Assembly (NCBI GenBank): GCA_017882905.1
Contig: JADGOO010000113.1
Coordinates: 372-64,371, forward strand
DNA from: Acidimicrobiia bacterium
GTDB taxonomy: Bacteria; Actinomycetota; Acidimicrobiia; IMCC26256; PALSA-610
Direction: 5' to 3'
DNA: 64,000 nucleotides
Shown: positions 17,962 through 27,849 of the stretch, piece by piece
How positions within the stretch are numbered: the stretch's first letter is position 1
How the letters are laid out: each line of letters starts with the position of its first letter
The notes under the pieces: model-generated
Databases searched by the model: none
Told to the model about the DNA's origin: nothing
Seen by the model: only the letters and a program-made list of their open reading frames with translations
Program-made: the position numbers and the translations under genes

Positions 17962-19358
17962 GAGTCGACCATGCGGGGCAACCGTACGACGAACGTCGCT
18001 CCGCCGCCGATCGTGTCTTCCACCCACACCCGGCCGCCCTGTGCGATCACGAGTGCCTTGACGATCGCCAAGCCGAGGCCCGTGCCCTCCGACTCGGCGC
18101 GCCGGCCGATTCGGTAGAACTCCTCGAAGACGCGATCGCGCTCCGCGATCGCGATGCCCGGACCGTGGTCGACCACACGGATCTCGACTTGCCCGCGGAT
18201 GCGCGTAGCGAGCACCTCGATCGGGCTCGGTTCGGGCGCGTACCGCAGGGCGTTCTCGAGCAGGTTCAACATCACCTGCTCGAGCGCGACCGGGTCCACC
18301 GAGAACTCGTCGAGGTCGGAACCGACCTGCACGAGGATCGGCCGTTCGTGGATCAACGGCTTCAGGCGATGCACCGCGGCCTGCAGGAGTCCTCCGAGGT
18401 CGACTGGCTGCGGCGCCAGCTCGATGCCGCCGGCGCGGATCCGGCCCAGGTCGAGGACCTTGGCCACCAGGCGTTCGAGGCGCGCCGTCTCGTCGCGCAC
18501 GGTCTCGAGCAACTCACGACGTTCGTCGTCGTTGAGCACTGCATCGGGAGCGAGCAGCGTGCCGCTCGCCGCGTGCACCGCGGCGAGGGGCGTGCGCAGG
18601 TTGTGCGACACGGCCGACAGCAACCCGGCGCGGGTACGTGAAACTTCGGCGGCGACGCGCGCGGTCTCGGCCGCGCGTTCGAACGACAAGCGCTCGAGAG
18701 CGGCGGAGAGGTTGGCGAGCAACGACTCGAGCACGGCACGATCGTCGGGCCCGAATGCCTGATCGCCTGCCAGCACGGCATGGAGACGCGCGTCGTTCGC
18801 GTTCACCCGCACGGCGGATCCGTCGAGTCGCGTGCTGTTGCCGCTGTCGACTGCCACGTCGAGATCGGCGGCTTCGAGATGCACGGAGCTGAAGCCGAAC
18901 AGCACGATCACGCGGCTGAGCACGCCGCGCGCCACGACTTCGGGATCATCGCCGGCGCGTAGCCGGCCCGTCAGCTCGAGCGCCAGCTCCGCAGTGCGGG
19001 CACGACGCTCAGCCGCCCGGCGCGAGTCGCCCGCGGCGGCCACGAGCGCGCTCGTGGCCAGCGCGACCACGCCGAACACGATCAGTGCCACCGCATCGTC
19101 GCCGTTGCCCACCCGCAACGTGCCCCGCGGCGGCGTGAAGCCCAAGTTGAGCACGAGGGCGGCCAGCACCGCCGTGGCCACACCGATCCGCCGTCCACCG
19201 AGCGCTCCGACCACCACCGCCACGAGCAAGAAGAGCGCCGCCTGGGCCACGTCGGCGCCCCAGAGACCCGCGCCGGAACCGGCGAGCGCGACGGCTCCCG
19301 ACGCGATCAGAGCCCGCACGATCGGCGAGAAGCGGGCGATGCGGTCGACGACGGGCAC
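17958..19358 (-). CDS. Short KdpD-like sensor histidine kinase (DUF4118-type TM region, degenerate GAF-like segment, HisKA, HATPase; no N-terminal KdpD/Usp domains)
   Basis: LNLGFTPPRGTL TM motif, SHNLRTPL H-box, NLLENALRY, DHGPGI, GTGLGLAIV; about 466 aa; start uncertain (19358 or 19394). Confidence 0.8.
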   Translation of the reverse strand: MPVVDRIARFSPIVRALIASGAVALAGSGAGLWGADVAQAALFLLVAVVVGALGGRRIGVATAVLAALVLNLGFTPPRGTLRVGNGDDAVALIVFGVVALATSALVAAAGDSRRAAERRARTAELALELTGRLRAGDDPEVVARGVLSRVIVLFGFSSVHLEAADLDVAVDSGNSTRLDGSAVRVNANDARLHAVLAGDQAFGPDDRAVLESLLANLSAALERLSFERAAETARVAAEVSRTRAGLLSAVSHNLRTPLAAVHAASGTLLAPDAVLNDDERRELLETVRDETARLERLVAKVLDLGRIRAGGIELAPQPVDLGGLLQAAVHRLKPLIHERPILVQVGSDLDEFSVDPVALEQVMLNLLENALRYAPEPSPIEVLATRIRGQVEIRVVDHGPGIAIAERDRVFEEFYRIGRRAESEGTGLGLAIVKALVIAQGGRVWVEDTIGGGATFVVRLPRMVDS

Positions 19359-19454
19359 AGGACAACATTGTCGCCCGCGGCGGGCCCCGCCCATGACCGC
19401 AGCACCCGGCAGGAGGGCGCGGTCCGAAATAGCCGCACTGGTACCTTTTCCCGC

Positions 19455-20501
19455 GTGGCGGATCCCCGGCGGCGACGAGTGCTGGTCACCGGTGGCGCAG
19501 GATTCATCGGCAGCGTCACCACGTTGGCTCTGCTCGAGGCGGGCCACGACGTGATCGTGGCCGACGACCTCTCGAACAGCTCGAAGCACGCCATCGACCG
19601 CGTGGAGTCCCTGGCACGGGAGAGCGGCGCGGCCGGCGACCTCGAGTTCCACGAGCTCGATGCGCGCGACGACGCCGCGTTGCACGACTTGTTCGCGAGC
19701 GGCCACATCACCAGCGTGATCCACTTCGCCGGCCTCAAGGCCGTCGGCGAATCGGTGGACAAGCCACTCGACTACTACCGGGTGAACCTCGGTTCGACGG
19801 TCTCGCTGGTCACAGCCATGCGTGACCACGGCGTGCGCGACCTCGTGTTCTCGTCGTCGGCGACCGTGTACGGCCCGGAAGCGCAGAGCCCCTTGCGCGA
19901 AGACGCTGCGCTCAGCACCTCGAGCCCCTACGGGCGCACGAAGCTGTTCATCGAGCAGATGCTGCGCGACGTCGCGGCAGCCGAACCGGGTTGGAACATC
20001 GCCCTGCTCCGCTACTTCAACCCGATCGGCGCGCATCCGAGCGGCCTGATCGGCGAAGACCCGCGCGGCATCCCGAACAACTTGATGCCGTACATCATGC
20101 AGGTCGCCGTCGGGCGCCGCGACGAGCTCGTGGTGTTCGGCGACGACTACGACACGGCCGACGGCACCTGCGTACGCGACTACATCCACGTGCTCGACCT
20201 CGCTGACGGACATGTCGCTGCGCTGCACGCGATCGATCGCTTCCATGGCTGCCAGGCGGTGAACCTCGGCACCGGAACCGGCCATAGCGTGCTCGAGGTG
20301 CTCGCCGCGGCCACCGCCGCCGTGGGCAAGCCATTGCCGTTCCGCCTGGGGGCGCGGCGCCCCGGCGACATCGCAGTGACGGTGGCCGATCCCTCCCGCG
20401 CCGCGGCGCTGCTGGGGTGGAGCGCGACGCGCACGCTCAACGACATGTGCACCGACGCGTGGCGGTGGCAGTCGACGAACCCGTTCGGTTACGGCGACTG
20501 A
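19455..20501 (+). CDS. galE: UDP-glucose 4-epimerase
   Basis: VLVTGGAGFIGS, IHFAGLKAVGESV, FSSSATVYG, PYGRTK, LRYFNPIGAHPSG, NNLMPYI, CVRDYIHV. Confidence 0.95.
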   Translation: MADPRRRRVLVTGGAGFIGSVTTLALLEAGHDVIVADDLSNSSKHAIDRVESLARESGAAGDLEFHELDARDDAALHDLFASGHITSVIHFAGLKAVGESVDKPLDYYRVNLGSTVSLVTAMRDHGVRDLVFSSSATVYGPEAQSPLREDAALSTSSPYGRTKLFIEQMLRDVAAAEPGWNIALLRYFNPIGAHPSGLIGEDPRGIPNNLMPYIMQVAVGRRDELVVFGDDYDTADGTCVRDYIHVLDLADGHVAALHAIDRFHGCQAVNLGTGTGHSVLEVLAAATAAVGKPLPFRLGARRPGDIAVTVADPSRAAALLGWSATRTLNDMCTDAWRWQSTNPFGYGD

Positions 20502-21664
20502 GTCCCACCGGGACGAGCCGCCCGCTTCGCGCGCAAGTCGACGACGCTGCGGGCACCCAGAACCGGGATGAGCCTCCGAGCGTTGTCGCGGTACACGGCC
20601 GCCAGGAGCTCCTCGGGCAACGCGATGCCCGACACCGACCAGCGGCCTTGCGGCGGCACCGGTTCGCTCGAGTACGCGAAGTGCTCGTCGTCGGTCTCGA
20701 AGAACCGGAACAGCGGCGAGTACTCGCCGCGGCGCATCGGATACACGTCGGCGCCGAAGAGCACGCGATCTGAGAATCGCTCGATGAGCGCGCGAGTGGC
20801 GCGCGGTTGGCGTCCCATCTCGGCAAGGCGCGCACCCACGTCGACGGCGAGGTTCGGGTGCTCGGCCAAGGCGCGCCCGACCCATGCGAGGTCTTCGGCG
20901 ATCGCCATGTGCGCGGCGATGAACGTGGTCGCCGGGTGCGCGCCAACCGCTGACTCGAATGCTTCGAGCAGCCGCGCCATCGGCGGCACCGGCTTGCCGT
21001 ACAGCGACAGGCCCGGCGAGATCATGAGCTCTTCGAGTCGCTCGTTGTAGCGGTCGACAGGCTCGAAGAAGGCGCAAGGGTCGCCGACATGCACCACGAC
21101 CGGCACACCGAGCTCGCCCGCGGTGGCGAGCAGCGGCGAGAGGCGCGGGTCGTCGAGCAGCACGAGCGCGCCAGACCGATCACGCACCTCGAGTCCGAGA
21201 TCCTTCCAGATCTTCAGGCCCGCGGCGCCCGCGCCGACGCTCGCTCGGAGGCTCGCGCCGAGGCGCTCCGGTCCGTCGCGTTCGCTCAGGAGCCGCCAGT
21301 CGACATGGCAGTACGTCACGAACCGGCCCGGGTGCGCTCGGTCGTAGCGATCGAGGTTCGCCTCGAGCTCGGCCCCCCAGCGTCCGTCGAGGTTGACGAC
21401 GGATTCGAGGTTGAGCTCGTCCATCAGCGCGAGGCAGGCACCGACGTCGGGGATCATCCAGGTTCCGTCGCCGCTCAGCCAGCGGCCCAGGTGGTTGTGC
21501 GCATCGACGGCTGGCAGGCGCGCCCGCAGCACGTCGGTGGCCGCCGTGCGCACCATCGGGCGCGGCTCGTAGCCGTGCAGGCGCAGCGACGCGACCCGCA
21601 ACCGGCGCAACGACCGCCGGCCGGCCCCGAGCGGCGCGAGCGCACGACGCGTCAATGGTCCCAC
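20489..21664 (-). CDS. Amidohydrolase_2 family protein
   Basis: VDAHNHLG, GLKIWKDLG, HVGDP, FIAAH, RVLFGAD; start uncertain. Confidence 0.85.
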   Translation of the reverse strand: MGPLTRRALAPLGAGRRSLRRLRVASLRLHGYEPRPMVRTAATDVLRARLPAVDAHNHLGRWLSGDGTWMIPDVGACLALMDELNLESVVNLDGRWGAELEANLDRYDRAHPGRFVTYCHVDWRLLSERDGPERLGASLRASVGAGAAGLKIWKDLGLEVRDRSGALVLLDDPRLSPLLATAGELGVPVVVHVGDPCAFFEPVDRYNERLEELMISPGLSLYGKPVPPMARLLEAFESAVGAHPATTFIAAHMAIAEDLAWVGRALAEHPNLAVDVGARLAEMGRQPRATRALIERFSDRVLFGADVYPMRRGEYSPLFRFFETDDEHFAYSSEPVPPQGRWSVSGIALPEELLAAVYRDNARRLIPVLGARSVVDLRAKRAARPGGTQSP

Positions 21665-21856
21665 CGCACACGAGCGTAACGGCCGACGGTTCCCGTCCGC
21701 CGCGTCTTGCCTTCACGGGTTCTTTGCACTGTGACCCCTGTTCCTCACGGCACCTTGTCGCGCCCGTCGGTTGGATGGAGGTGCGGCGACCGGACCGGGC
21801 CGTCGCTGCCCTCGAGGTCGGCCCGGTCGCCAGCATCCCATCGAGCCAGGACACCG

Positions 21857-23899
21857 ATGAGCGACACGACGGCCACCACGCCCACTCCCCCCGACACGAG
21901 CGCCCCGGCGCCCCGGCCCACGGCGACGCGCGTGCACGGCAATCACCCGCATGCGGTGGTCTTGCCGGAGCCGCTCAGCTACCGCATGAAGCGCAAGGTG
22001 CTCGGCCCGGCGCTCACCACCGACCAGCTCGAGCACGAGCGGCTCGGCATCCCCACCGCCGTCGCCGTGTTCTCCAGCGACTGCATCTCCTCGTCGGCGT
22101 ACGCCACCGAGGAGATCCTGCGCGTGCTCATCGGCGCCGTCGGCGTGTTCGCCTTCAGCCTCGTGGTGCCCATCACCATCGCGATGGTGATCGTGCTGTT
22201 CTTCTTGATCCTCTCGTACCGAGAGACCATCAAGGAGTACCCGACAGCCGGTGGCGCGTACATGGTCACACGCGACAACTTCGGCCTGATCCCGGCGCAG
22301 GTCGCCGGTGTCGCGCTCCTGACCGACTACATCTTGACCGTCGCCGTGTCGGTGGCCGCCGGAACGGCCGCGCTCGTCTCGCTCGTGCCTTCGCTCGGCT
22401 CCTACTCCGTGATCATCTGTCTGTTCTTCATCGCGTTGATCGCGGGCGGCAACCTCAAGGGCGTCAAGGAGTCGGGTCTCATCTTCGCGATCCCGACCTA
22501 TTTCTTCATCGCGATGGGCCTCCTGCTCCTTGGCGTGGGCTTCTGGAAGATGGGAACAGGCCACCTCGGCCACCTGTACAACCTGTCGAAGTCGTGGCCC
22601 AAGGGTTCGTCCCCGCACGGCGTCGGCACCGTCACCGCGTTCGCCTACGGCGCCGGGTTGTACGCGATCCTGCACGCCTTCGCATCGGGCGGCGCGGCGG
22701 TGACCGGCGTGGAGGCGATCTCGAACGGCGTCACCGCGTTCCGCAAGCCCGAGTGGAAGAACGCCCGCAAGGCACTCATGATCATGGGTGTCACGCTCGG
22801 AACGCTCTTCCTCGGCCTGTCGGTATTGGCCACGCGGGTGCACCCAGTGCCGTTCGCGGAAGGCACTCCCACGGTCATCTCACAGATCGGACAGGGCGTC
22901 TTCGGCGGCAAGAACGCGCTGTACGGCGCGCTCCAGATCGCCACCTTGTTCATCCTCGTGCTCGCCGCCAACACCAGCTTCGCCGACTTCCCCCGGCTCG
23001 CCAGCTTCCACGCCGGCGACAACTTCATGCCCAAGCAGCTCACGAAGCGAGGGCACCGACTCGTGTTCTCGAACGGGATCCTCGCACTGGCGATCTGCGC
23101 TGCGGTGCTCGTGGTCGCGACCGGCGCCAAGGTCGACCGCTTGATCCCGCTGTACGCCATCGGCGTGTTCACCAGCTTCACGCTCTCGCAGTCGGGCATG
23201 GCCAAGCACCACTACACGCGCAAGGAGCCGGGCTGGCGCAGTGGCATCTTCGTCAACGGCTTCGGCGCGTTCTTGTCGCTCATCGTCGACCTGATCATCG
23301 CCTACACAAAGTTCACGCACGGCGCGTGGGTGATCATCGTGCTCGTGCCGATCATGGTGTTCGGCCTCACTCGCCTCAACCGCCAGTACGAGTCGGAAGC
23401 AGCCGAGCTGGAGGACGAGGCCCGTGCCGCGGCCGCGGCGCCGATCCTGCGCCGTCACGTGGTGCTCGTGGCCGTCGACAAGCTCGACAACAGCGCAGCC
23501 CGCGCCATCCAGTACGCCCGCACGCTGGTCCCCGACGAGCTGCGGGCGATCCACGCCGCCGTCGACTCGCGTGCGTCGGACGAGCTGGCCCAGGAGTGGT
23601 CGCGCCTCGGATTGTCCCGAGTGCCACTCGACATCGTCGATTGCAGCGACCGGCGTGTCGCGCGCTCGATCGCCGAGGCCGTCGCCGAGGAGCTCGCCGA
23701 CAACGAGACCGAGGTGACCGTGCTCGTGCCGCAACGCAAGTACCGGCGGTTCTGGCACACGTTGCTGCACGACAACACGTCGGAGCGCGTCGCCGAAGCG
23801 CTGAGCACGTTGCCGCACGCCAACGTCACGTTCGTCCCGTATCACCTCGCGGGCAAGCGTCCCGACCCGTCCCGTCCGCACACGATGCTGGAGCACTGA
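21857..23899 (+). CDS. KimA/YdaO-type APC-superfamily transporter (putative K+ importer)
   Basis: HERLG...AVFSSDCISSSAYATEEIL, YPTAGGAY, TGVEAISNGV..F, NTSFADFPRL, LIPLYAIGVF, C-terminal soluble domain with LLHD. Confidence 0.8.
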   Translation: MSDTTATTPTPPDTSAPAPRPTATRVHGNHPHAVVLPEPLSYRMKRKVLGPALTTDQLEHERLGIPTAVAVFSSDCISSSAYATEEILRVLIGAVGVFAFSLVVPITIAMVIVLFFLILSYRETIKEYPTAGGAYMVTRDNFGLIPAQVAGVALLTDYILTVAVSVAAGTAALVSLVPSLGSYSVIICLFFIALIAGGNLKGVKESGLIFAIPTYFFIAMGLLLLGVGFWKMGTGHLGHLYNLSKSWPKGSSPHGVGTVTAFAYGAGLYAILHAFASGGAAVTGVEAISNGVTAFRKPEWKNARKALMIMGVTLGTLFLGLSVLATRVHPVPFAEGTPTVISQIGQGVFGGKNALYGALQIATLFILVLAANTSFADFPRLASFHAGDNFMPKQLTKRGHRLVFSNGILALAICAAVLVVATGAKVDRLIPLYAIGVFTSFTLSQSGMAKHHYTRKEPGWRSGIFVNGFGAFLSLIVDLIIAYTKFTHGAWVIIVLVPIMVFGLTRLNRQYESEAAELEDEARAAAAAPILRRHVVLVAVDKLDNSAARAIQYARTLVPDELRAIHAAVDSRASDELAQEWSRLGLSRVPLDIVDCSDRRVARSIAEAVAEELADNETEVTVLVPQRKYRRFWHTLLHDNTSERVAEALSTLPHANVTFVPYHLAGKRPDPSRPHTMLEH

Positions 23900-23900
23900 C

Positions 23901-24254
23901 ATGACCTTTGGGCGGAGGCTCCGGCGGCGCACGAGTGGCGTGGGCACGCTCTGGCCCGACACGACCGAGGCCCTCACCGAACCGACGCACGACACGAAGG
24001 CGATCGAAGACGCGCCGTCGCGCGTGCCGGTGCTCATCGGGGGGAAGATCAAGTCGGTGCGCGTGCAACCACTGGCCGGCGTGCCGACGCTGAAGGCGAC
24101 GATCTCGGACGACACCGGTCAGGTGACGATCGTGTTCCTCGGCCGGCGGCACGTGGCCGGCATCGAGACCGGGCGCAAGATCCTGTGCGAAGGCGTGATC
24201 GGCGAGCAGATGGGGCGCCGGCACATGCTCAACCCGGCGTACCGGTTGCTCTGA
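23901..24254 (+). CDS. OB-fold nucleic-acid-binding domain protein (RecG-wedge-like)
   Basis: LKATISDDTGQVTIVFLGRRHVAGIETG...LNPAYRL; 1 nt after the transporter stop. Confidence 0.75.
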   Translation: MTFGRRLRRRTSGVGTLWPDTTEALTEPTHDTKAIEDAPSRVPVLIGGKIKSVRVQPLAGVPTLKATISDDTGQVTIVFLGRRHVAGIETGRKILCEGVIGEQMGRRHMLNPAYRLL

Positions 24255-24278
24255 GGGCTCCCGCTCAACGGCCGACGT

Positions 24279-25823
24279 TCAACCGGTCGCCGTGCACGAG
24301 AGGTTCGTGGCCGGCGCCCGGCCACTGATCAGGTAGGCCACGACCGGATCTTGCACGCACGGCCCTGCGCTGACGAACGCGGTGTGCGTGTCGGTGTCGA
24401 CCGTGATGAGGCGGGCATCGAGCTGGGTGGCGAGCGACACACCCCACGCCTTTGGCGTGGCCGGATCGCGCGAGCTCGTGATCACGACAACCGGCTCGAG
24501 CTGGCTCGGCGCACGGAACGCGCCCGGCTTCACCGTCGCCGGCGCCGGCCAGTACACGCACGGGAGTCCTAACCACGCGTTCGTCGCACCGAACACCGGA
24601 GCGACGAGCGCCGCCGCCTTGGCGTCGGCTTCCACGTCGGCCAGCGTGGTGTCGCCTTGCTCGTCGGTGCACGAGATCGCGTAGTACGCCGCCTGCGTGC
24701 TCGTGTACGTGCCGTCGGGTTGACGTTCGGTGTACTGATCGCTCAGCTCGAGCAGCGCGCTCCCGTCGCCCTGCGCGGCCGCCGCGAGCGCGCCGGCCAG
24801 ATCGTCCCAGCTCGAGCGGCCCGCGTAGAGCGCGGAGGCCATGCCGAGCGTGGCCTCGTCGGGGCCGAGTGCACGCGTCTGACCGTCGATCTTGGCCGGA
24901 AGCGGTTCGGCATCGATCTGGGCGAGCAGCTGATGCAGCGCGTCGGCCGACTTCCCGCCCGCGTGGAACGCGCACGCGCGGCGCTGTGCGCAGTCGGCGA
25001 GAAAGGCATCGAGCGAGGCCTCGAACCCGGCCGACTGCTGCGCGACGCTCGCGCGGGCATCGAGCGCCGGGTCGACGGCACCATCGAGCACCATCGCGTG
25101 CACGTGCGTGGGGTACGCGACGGCGTAGCGCGCACCGAGGTACGTGCCGTACGAGAATCCGAGGTACGTGAGCGTGGAGTCGCCCACCGCGACGCGGATG
25201 TCGTCCATGTCGGCGATCGACTCGGTGGTCGAAACATGCTCGAGCAGCGACCCGCTGGCGGCCCTGCACTCGGCCGCCAGCGCGCGCGCGGCGGTCACGT
25301 TCGCCGCCACTTCAGCCGATGTATCGGGCGACCGATCCACGGCGAAGAACGCGTCGAGATGCCTCCCGCACCGGACCGCGGTGCTGGCGCCGACCCCTCG
25401 CGGATCCCACGCCACGATGTCGAAGCGGGCGCGCAGCGAGTCGGGGAAGATCTGGCCGGCTTGTTCGGCGAGCGGCCGGCCGCTCGCACCCGGCCCGCCC
25501 GGGTTCACGAGGAGCGAGCCCACTCGCCGGCTCGATTCGGCGCGGTGTCGATACAGGGCGAGCCGGATCGTCGGGCCGCTCGGATGGGTGTGGTCGAGCG
25601 GGACCACGAGGGTCGCGCACTGCAGACCGTCGCTCCCACACCCGCGCCAGCTCAGCGGCCTGTGTCGGGCCGCGCCGGCGGAGGTCGTCGACGCCTTCGA
25701 CGTGTCGGCGGCACCACTCGTGGTGGTGTGCCCGCGGCTGGTGGAGCCCGAGCCGGAGCACGCGGCGGCCGACACGCCCGCGGCCATCACGAGTGCACCC
25801 CACCCGAGACGGCTGCGTCGCAC
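24279..25823 (-). CDS. TAP-like secreted alpha/beta hydrolase (peptidase), probable lipoprotein
   Basis: Signal peptide with SAAAC, LLVNPGGPG, WDPRGVG, YLGFSYGT, DPATP. Confidence 0.85.
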   Translation of the reverse strand: MRRSRLGWGALVMAAGVSAAACSGSGSTSRGHTTTSGAADTSKASTTSAGAARHRPLSWRGCGSDGLQCATLVVPLDHTHPSGPTIRLALYRHRAESSRRVGSLLVNPGGPGASGRPLAEQAGQIFPDSLRARFDIVAWDPRGVGASTAVRCGRHLDAFFAVDRSPDTSAEVAANVTAARALAAECRAASGSLLEHVSTTESIADMDDIRVAVGDSTLTYLGFSYGTYLGARYAVAYPTHVHAMVLDGAVDPALDARASVAQQSAGFEASLDAFLADCAQRRACAFHAGGKSADALHQLLAQIDAEPLPAKIDGQTRALGPDEATLGMASALYAGRSSWDDLAGALAAAAQGDGSALLELSDQYTERQPDGTYTSTQAAYYAISCTDEQGDTTLADVEADAKAAALVAPVFGATNAWLGLPCVYWPAPATVKPGAFRAPSQLEPVVVITSSRDPATPKAWGVSLATQLDARLITVDTDTHTAFVSAGPCVQDPVVAYLISGRAPATNLSCTATG

Positions 25824-25895
25824 GCGGGCAACCTACGCGGCACTGGCGGCCGCGAGCGTTCGTACCCCCCTCGAGGCCGGCTCTAGGGTGCGAGT

Positions 25896-26393
25896 GTGTA
25901 CCGCCTGACGACGCGCATCGACGCGTCGTTCCTCGCCACGATGTTGCTCGAGGCAGCCTTCTGGCGCGGTGACGGCCGCCCGTCGGTGGAGCGCATGCTC
26001 GAAGATCGCGCCACCGCCCGCTACGTGGAGGGCTGGGGTCGACCCGGCGACGTGGCCCTCGCCGCGCTCGACGGCGACGACACGCCGGTCGGCGCGGCGT
26101 GGTATCGCCACTTCCGTGCCGACGACGCCGGATACGGCTTCGTGAGCGAAGACATCCCGGAGCTGTCGATCGGCGTGGCGCGCGAACACCGCGACCGGGG
26201 CGTCGGCTCGCTCCTCATCGGTTCGTTGCTCCAGCGCGCCCGCGCACGCGATGAGCGCGCGATGAGCTTGTCGGTCGACCGAGCGAATCCCGCCCGGGCT
26301 CTGTACGAGCGCTTCGGCTTTCGCGAACAAGACGGCAACCCCGCCGACACGTCGGTCATCATGATCATCGAGCTCACGGGAAGGCCCTTGTGA
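25896..26393 (+). CDS. GNAT N-acetyltransferase
   Basis: PELSIGVAREHRDRGVGSLL, LSVDRANPARALYERFGF. Confidence 0.85.
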   Translation: MYRLTTRIDASFLATMLLEAAFWRGDGRPSVERMLEDRATARYVEGWGRPGDVALAALDGDDTPVGAAWYRHFRADDAGYGFVSEDIPELSIGVAREHRDRGVGSLLIGSLLQRARARDERAMSLSVDRANPARALYERFGFREQDGNPADTSVIMIIELTGRPL

Positions 26394-26980
26394 GTGACGA
26401 ACCAGTTGAATTGGCGCGCACGCCGCGCGAGCGCTGGCGGGCCCGGCTCCCGCTGATCATCATCCTCGTGCTCACCTTGGCCGGCATCGGTGCCGTCTTC
26501 TACGGCATCGGCCACCAGAACACCTTGGAGCCCCTCGATCGCAGCTCGCAGGATCGGCTGAACGCGGCGTGCACGAGCGTGGTCACCCGCCTGCGCGCCC
26601 TGCCGCGCATCACGTCGCAATCCACGATCACTGAGCGAGCCGGTCGCGTCGACATCGAGAACACGATCTTCGAGACCATCGTGCGCACTGCCGAGTCGCT
26701 GCATCCCCCGAACCACGACGGCGCCGTCGCCTTGCGCGGCTGGACCGCAGACTGGAAGGCGCTGTTGGTGGCGCGCACGCGCTTCGCCACGGAGCTCCGC
26801 AGCCCGTCGACCGCCAAACCACAGCTGCTCCTGCCACTCGGTACGGCCGGCGCGCCGATCACCGAGCGCATGACCGAGTACGCGCGCACCCACAGCTTGC
26901 TGCAATGCGAGACCGATAACCTCCAGGCCGAGATCGTCGACGGCGATCGCCTGTACCCGACGAACCTGCAGAACGGCTGA
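26390..26980 (+). CDS. Hypothetical membrane-anchored protein
   Basis: One N-terminal TM helix, helical C-terminal domain with two Cys; overlaps both neighbours (GTGA, TGATG). Confidence 0.65.
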   Translation: MSDEPVELARTPRERWRARLPLIIILVLTLAGIGAVFYGIGHQNTLEPLDRSSQDRLNAACTSVVTRLRALPRITSQSTITERAGRVDIENTIFETIVRTAESLHPPNHDGAVALRGWTADWKALLVARTRFATELRSPSTAKPQLLLPLGTAGAPITERMTEYARTHSLLQCETDNLQAEIVDGDRLYPTNLQNG

Positions 26981-27750
26981 TGACCGGAAGACTCGACGGC
27001 AAGGTCGCACTCATCACGGGCGGCGCGAGCGGCATGGGCCGCGCCGCCTGCGAGCTGTTCGCGAGCGAAGGCGCCCGCATCGTGGTCGTCGACCTCGACG
27101 AGAAGGCCGGCACCGACCTCGCGACCACAATCGGTGAAAACGCCACGTTCGTGCGCGCCGACGTGTCACGCTCGGCCGACTGCGACGCGATGGTCGAGCA
27201 CGCCGTTGCCACGTTCGGCGGGCTGCACGTGCTCTACAACAATGCCGGAATCTTCCCCGCCGACGACGGTGGCGTGCTCGACACTCCCGAATCCACATGG
27301 GATCAGGTCATGGCCATCAACCTGAAAGGGGTCTGGCTCGGCTGCCGGTCCGGCATCCCGGCGATGGTCGAATCGGGCGGCGGATCCGTGATCAACGTGG
27401 CGTCGTTCGTGGCACTCATGGGCGCGGCAACCGCCCAGATCGCGTACACGTCGAGCAAGGGCGGCGTTTTGGCCATGACGCGCGAAATGGCCGTCGAATG
27501 GGCTCGAAAGGGCATTCGCGCCAATGCGCTGTGTCCGGGCCCGATCGAGACGCCGCTGCTCGAAGCGCTGCTGGCCGACCCCGCACGGCGAGCCCGGCGC
27601 ATGGTGCACATCCCGATGGGCCGCCTCGGCCGCGCCGAGGAGCTGGCCAAGGCTGCGCTCTTCCTTGCGAGCGATGATTCCTCGTTCATGACGGGGAGCG
27701 CGCTCGTGGTCGACGGTGGCATCACTGCCGCCTATGTGACCCCCGAGTAA
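26980..27750 (+). CDS. Short-chain dehydrogenase/reductase
   Basis: LITGGASGMG, YNNAG, YTSSKGG, NALCPGP, VDGG. Confidence 0.9.
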   Translation: MTGRLDGKVALITGGASGMGRAACELFASEGARIVVVDLDEKAGTDLATTIGENATFVRADVSRSADCDAMVEHAVATFGGLHVLYNNAGIFPADDGGVLDTPESTWDQVMAINLKGVWLGCRSGIPAMVESGGGSVINVASFVALMGAATAQIAYTSSKGGVLAMTREMAVEWARKGIRANALCPGPIETPLLEALLADPARRARRMVHIPMGRLGRAEELAKAALFLASDDSSFMTGSALVVDGGITAAYVTPE

Positions 27751-27849
27751 CTGCGCCGTTCTTCCTGTCGTAACGACATCGTCGCAAGCAATCCCCCCGA
27801 CTTCGTGCGATAGTTCCCGGAAGATTCGTCGCAAGAGGGGGGCTTCACC

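Noticed and set aside
17958-21077. 1039-aa minus-strand ORF suggesting a giant kinase
   Set aside because: The N-terminal 560 aa are the antisense shadow of galE; kinase-like sequence begins only near 19358-19394
21665-21856. c-di-AMP (ydaO) riboswitch expected upstream of a KimA-like gene
   Set aside because: Conserved elements such as GCUGAAUCC, GGAGGAACC and GUCAGCUAAC are not present
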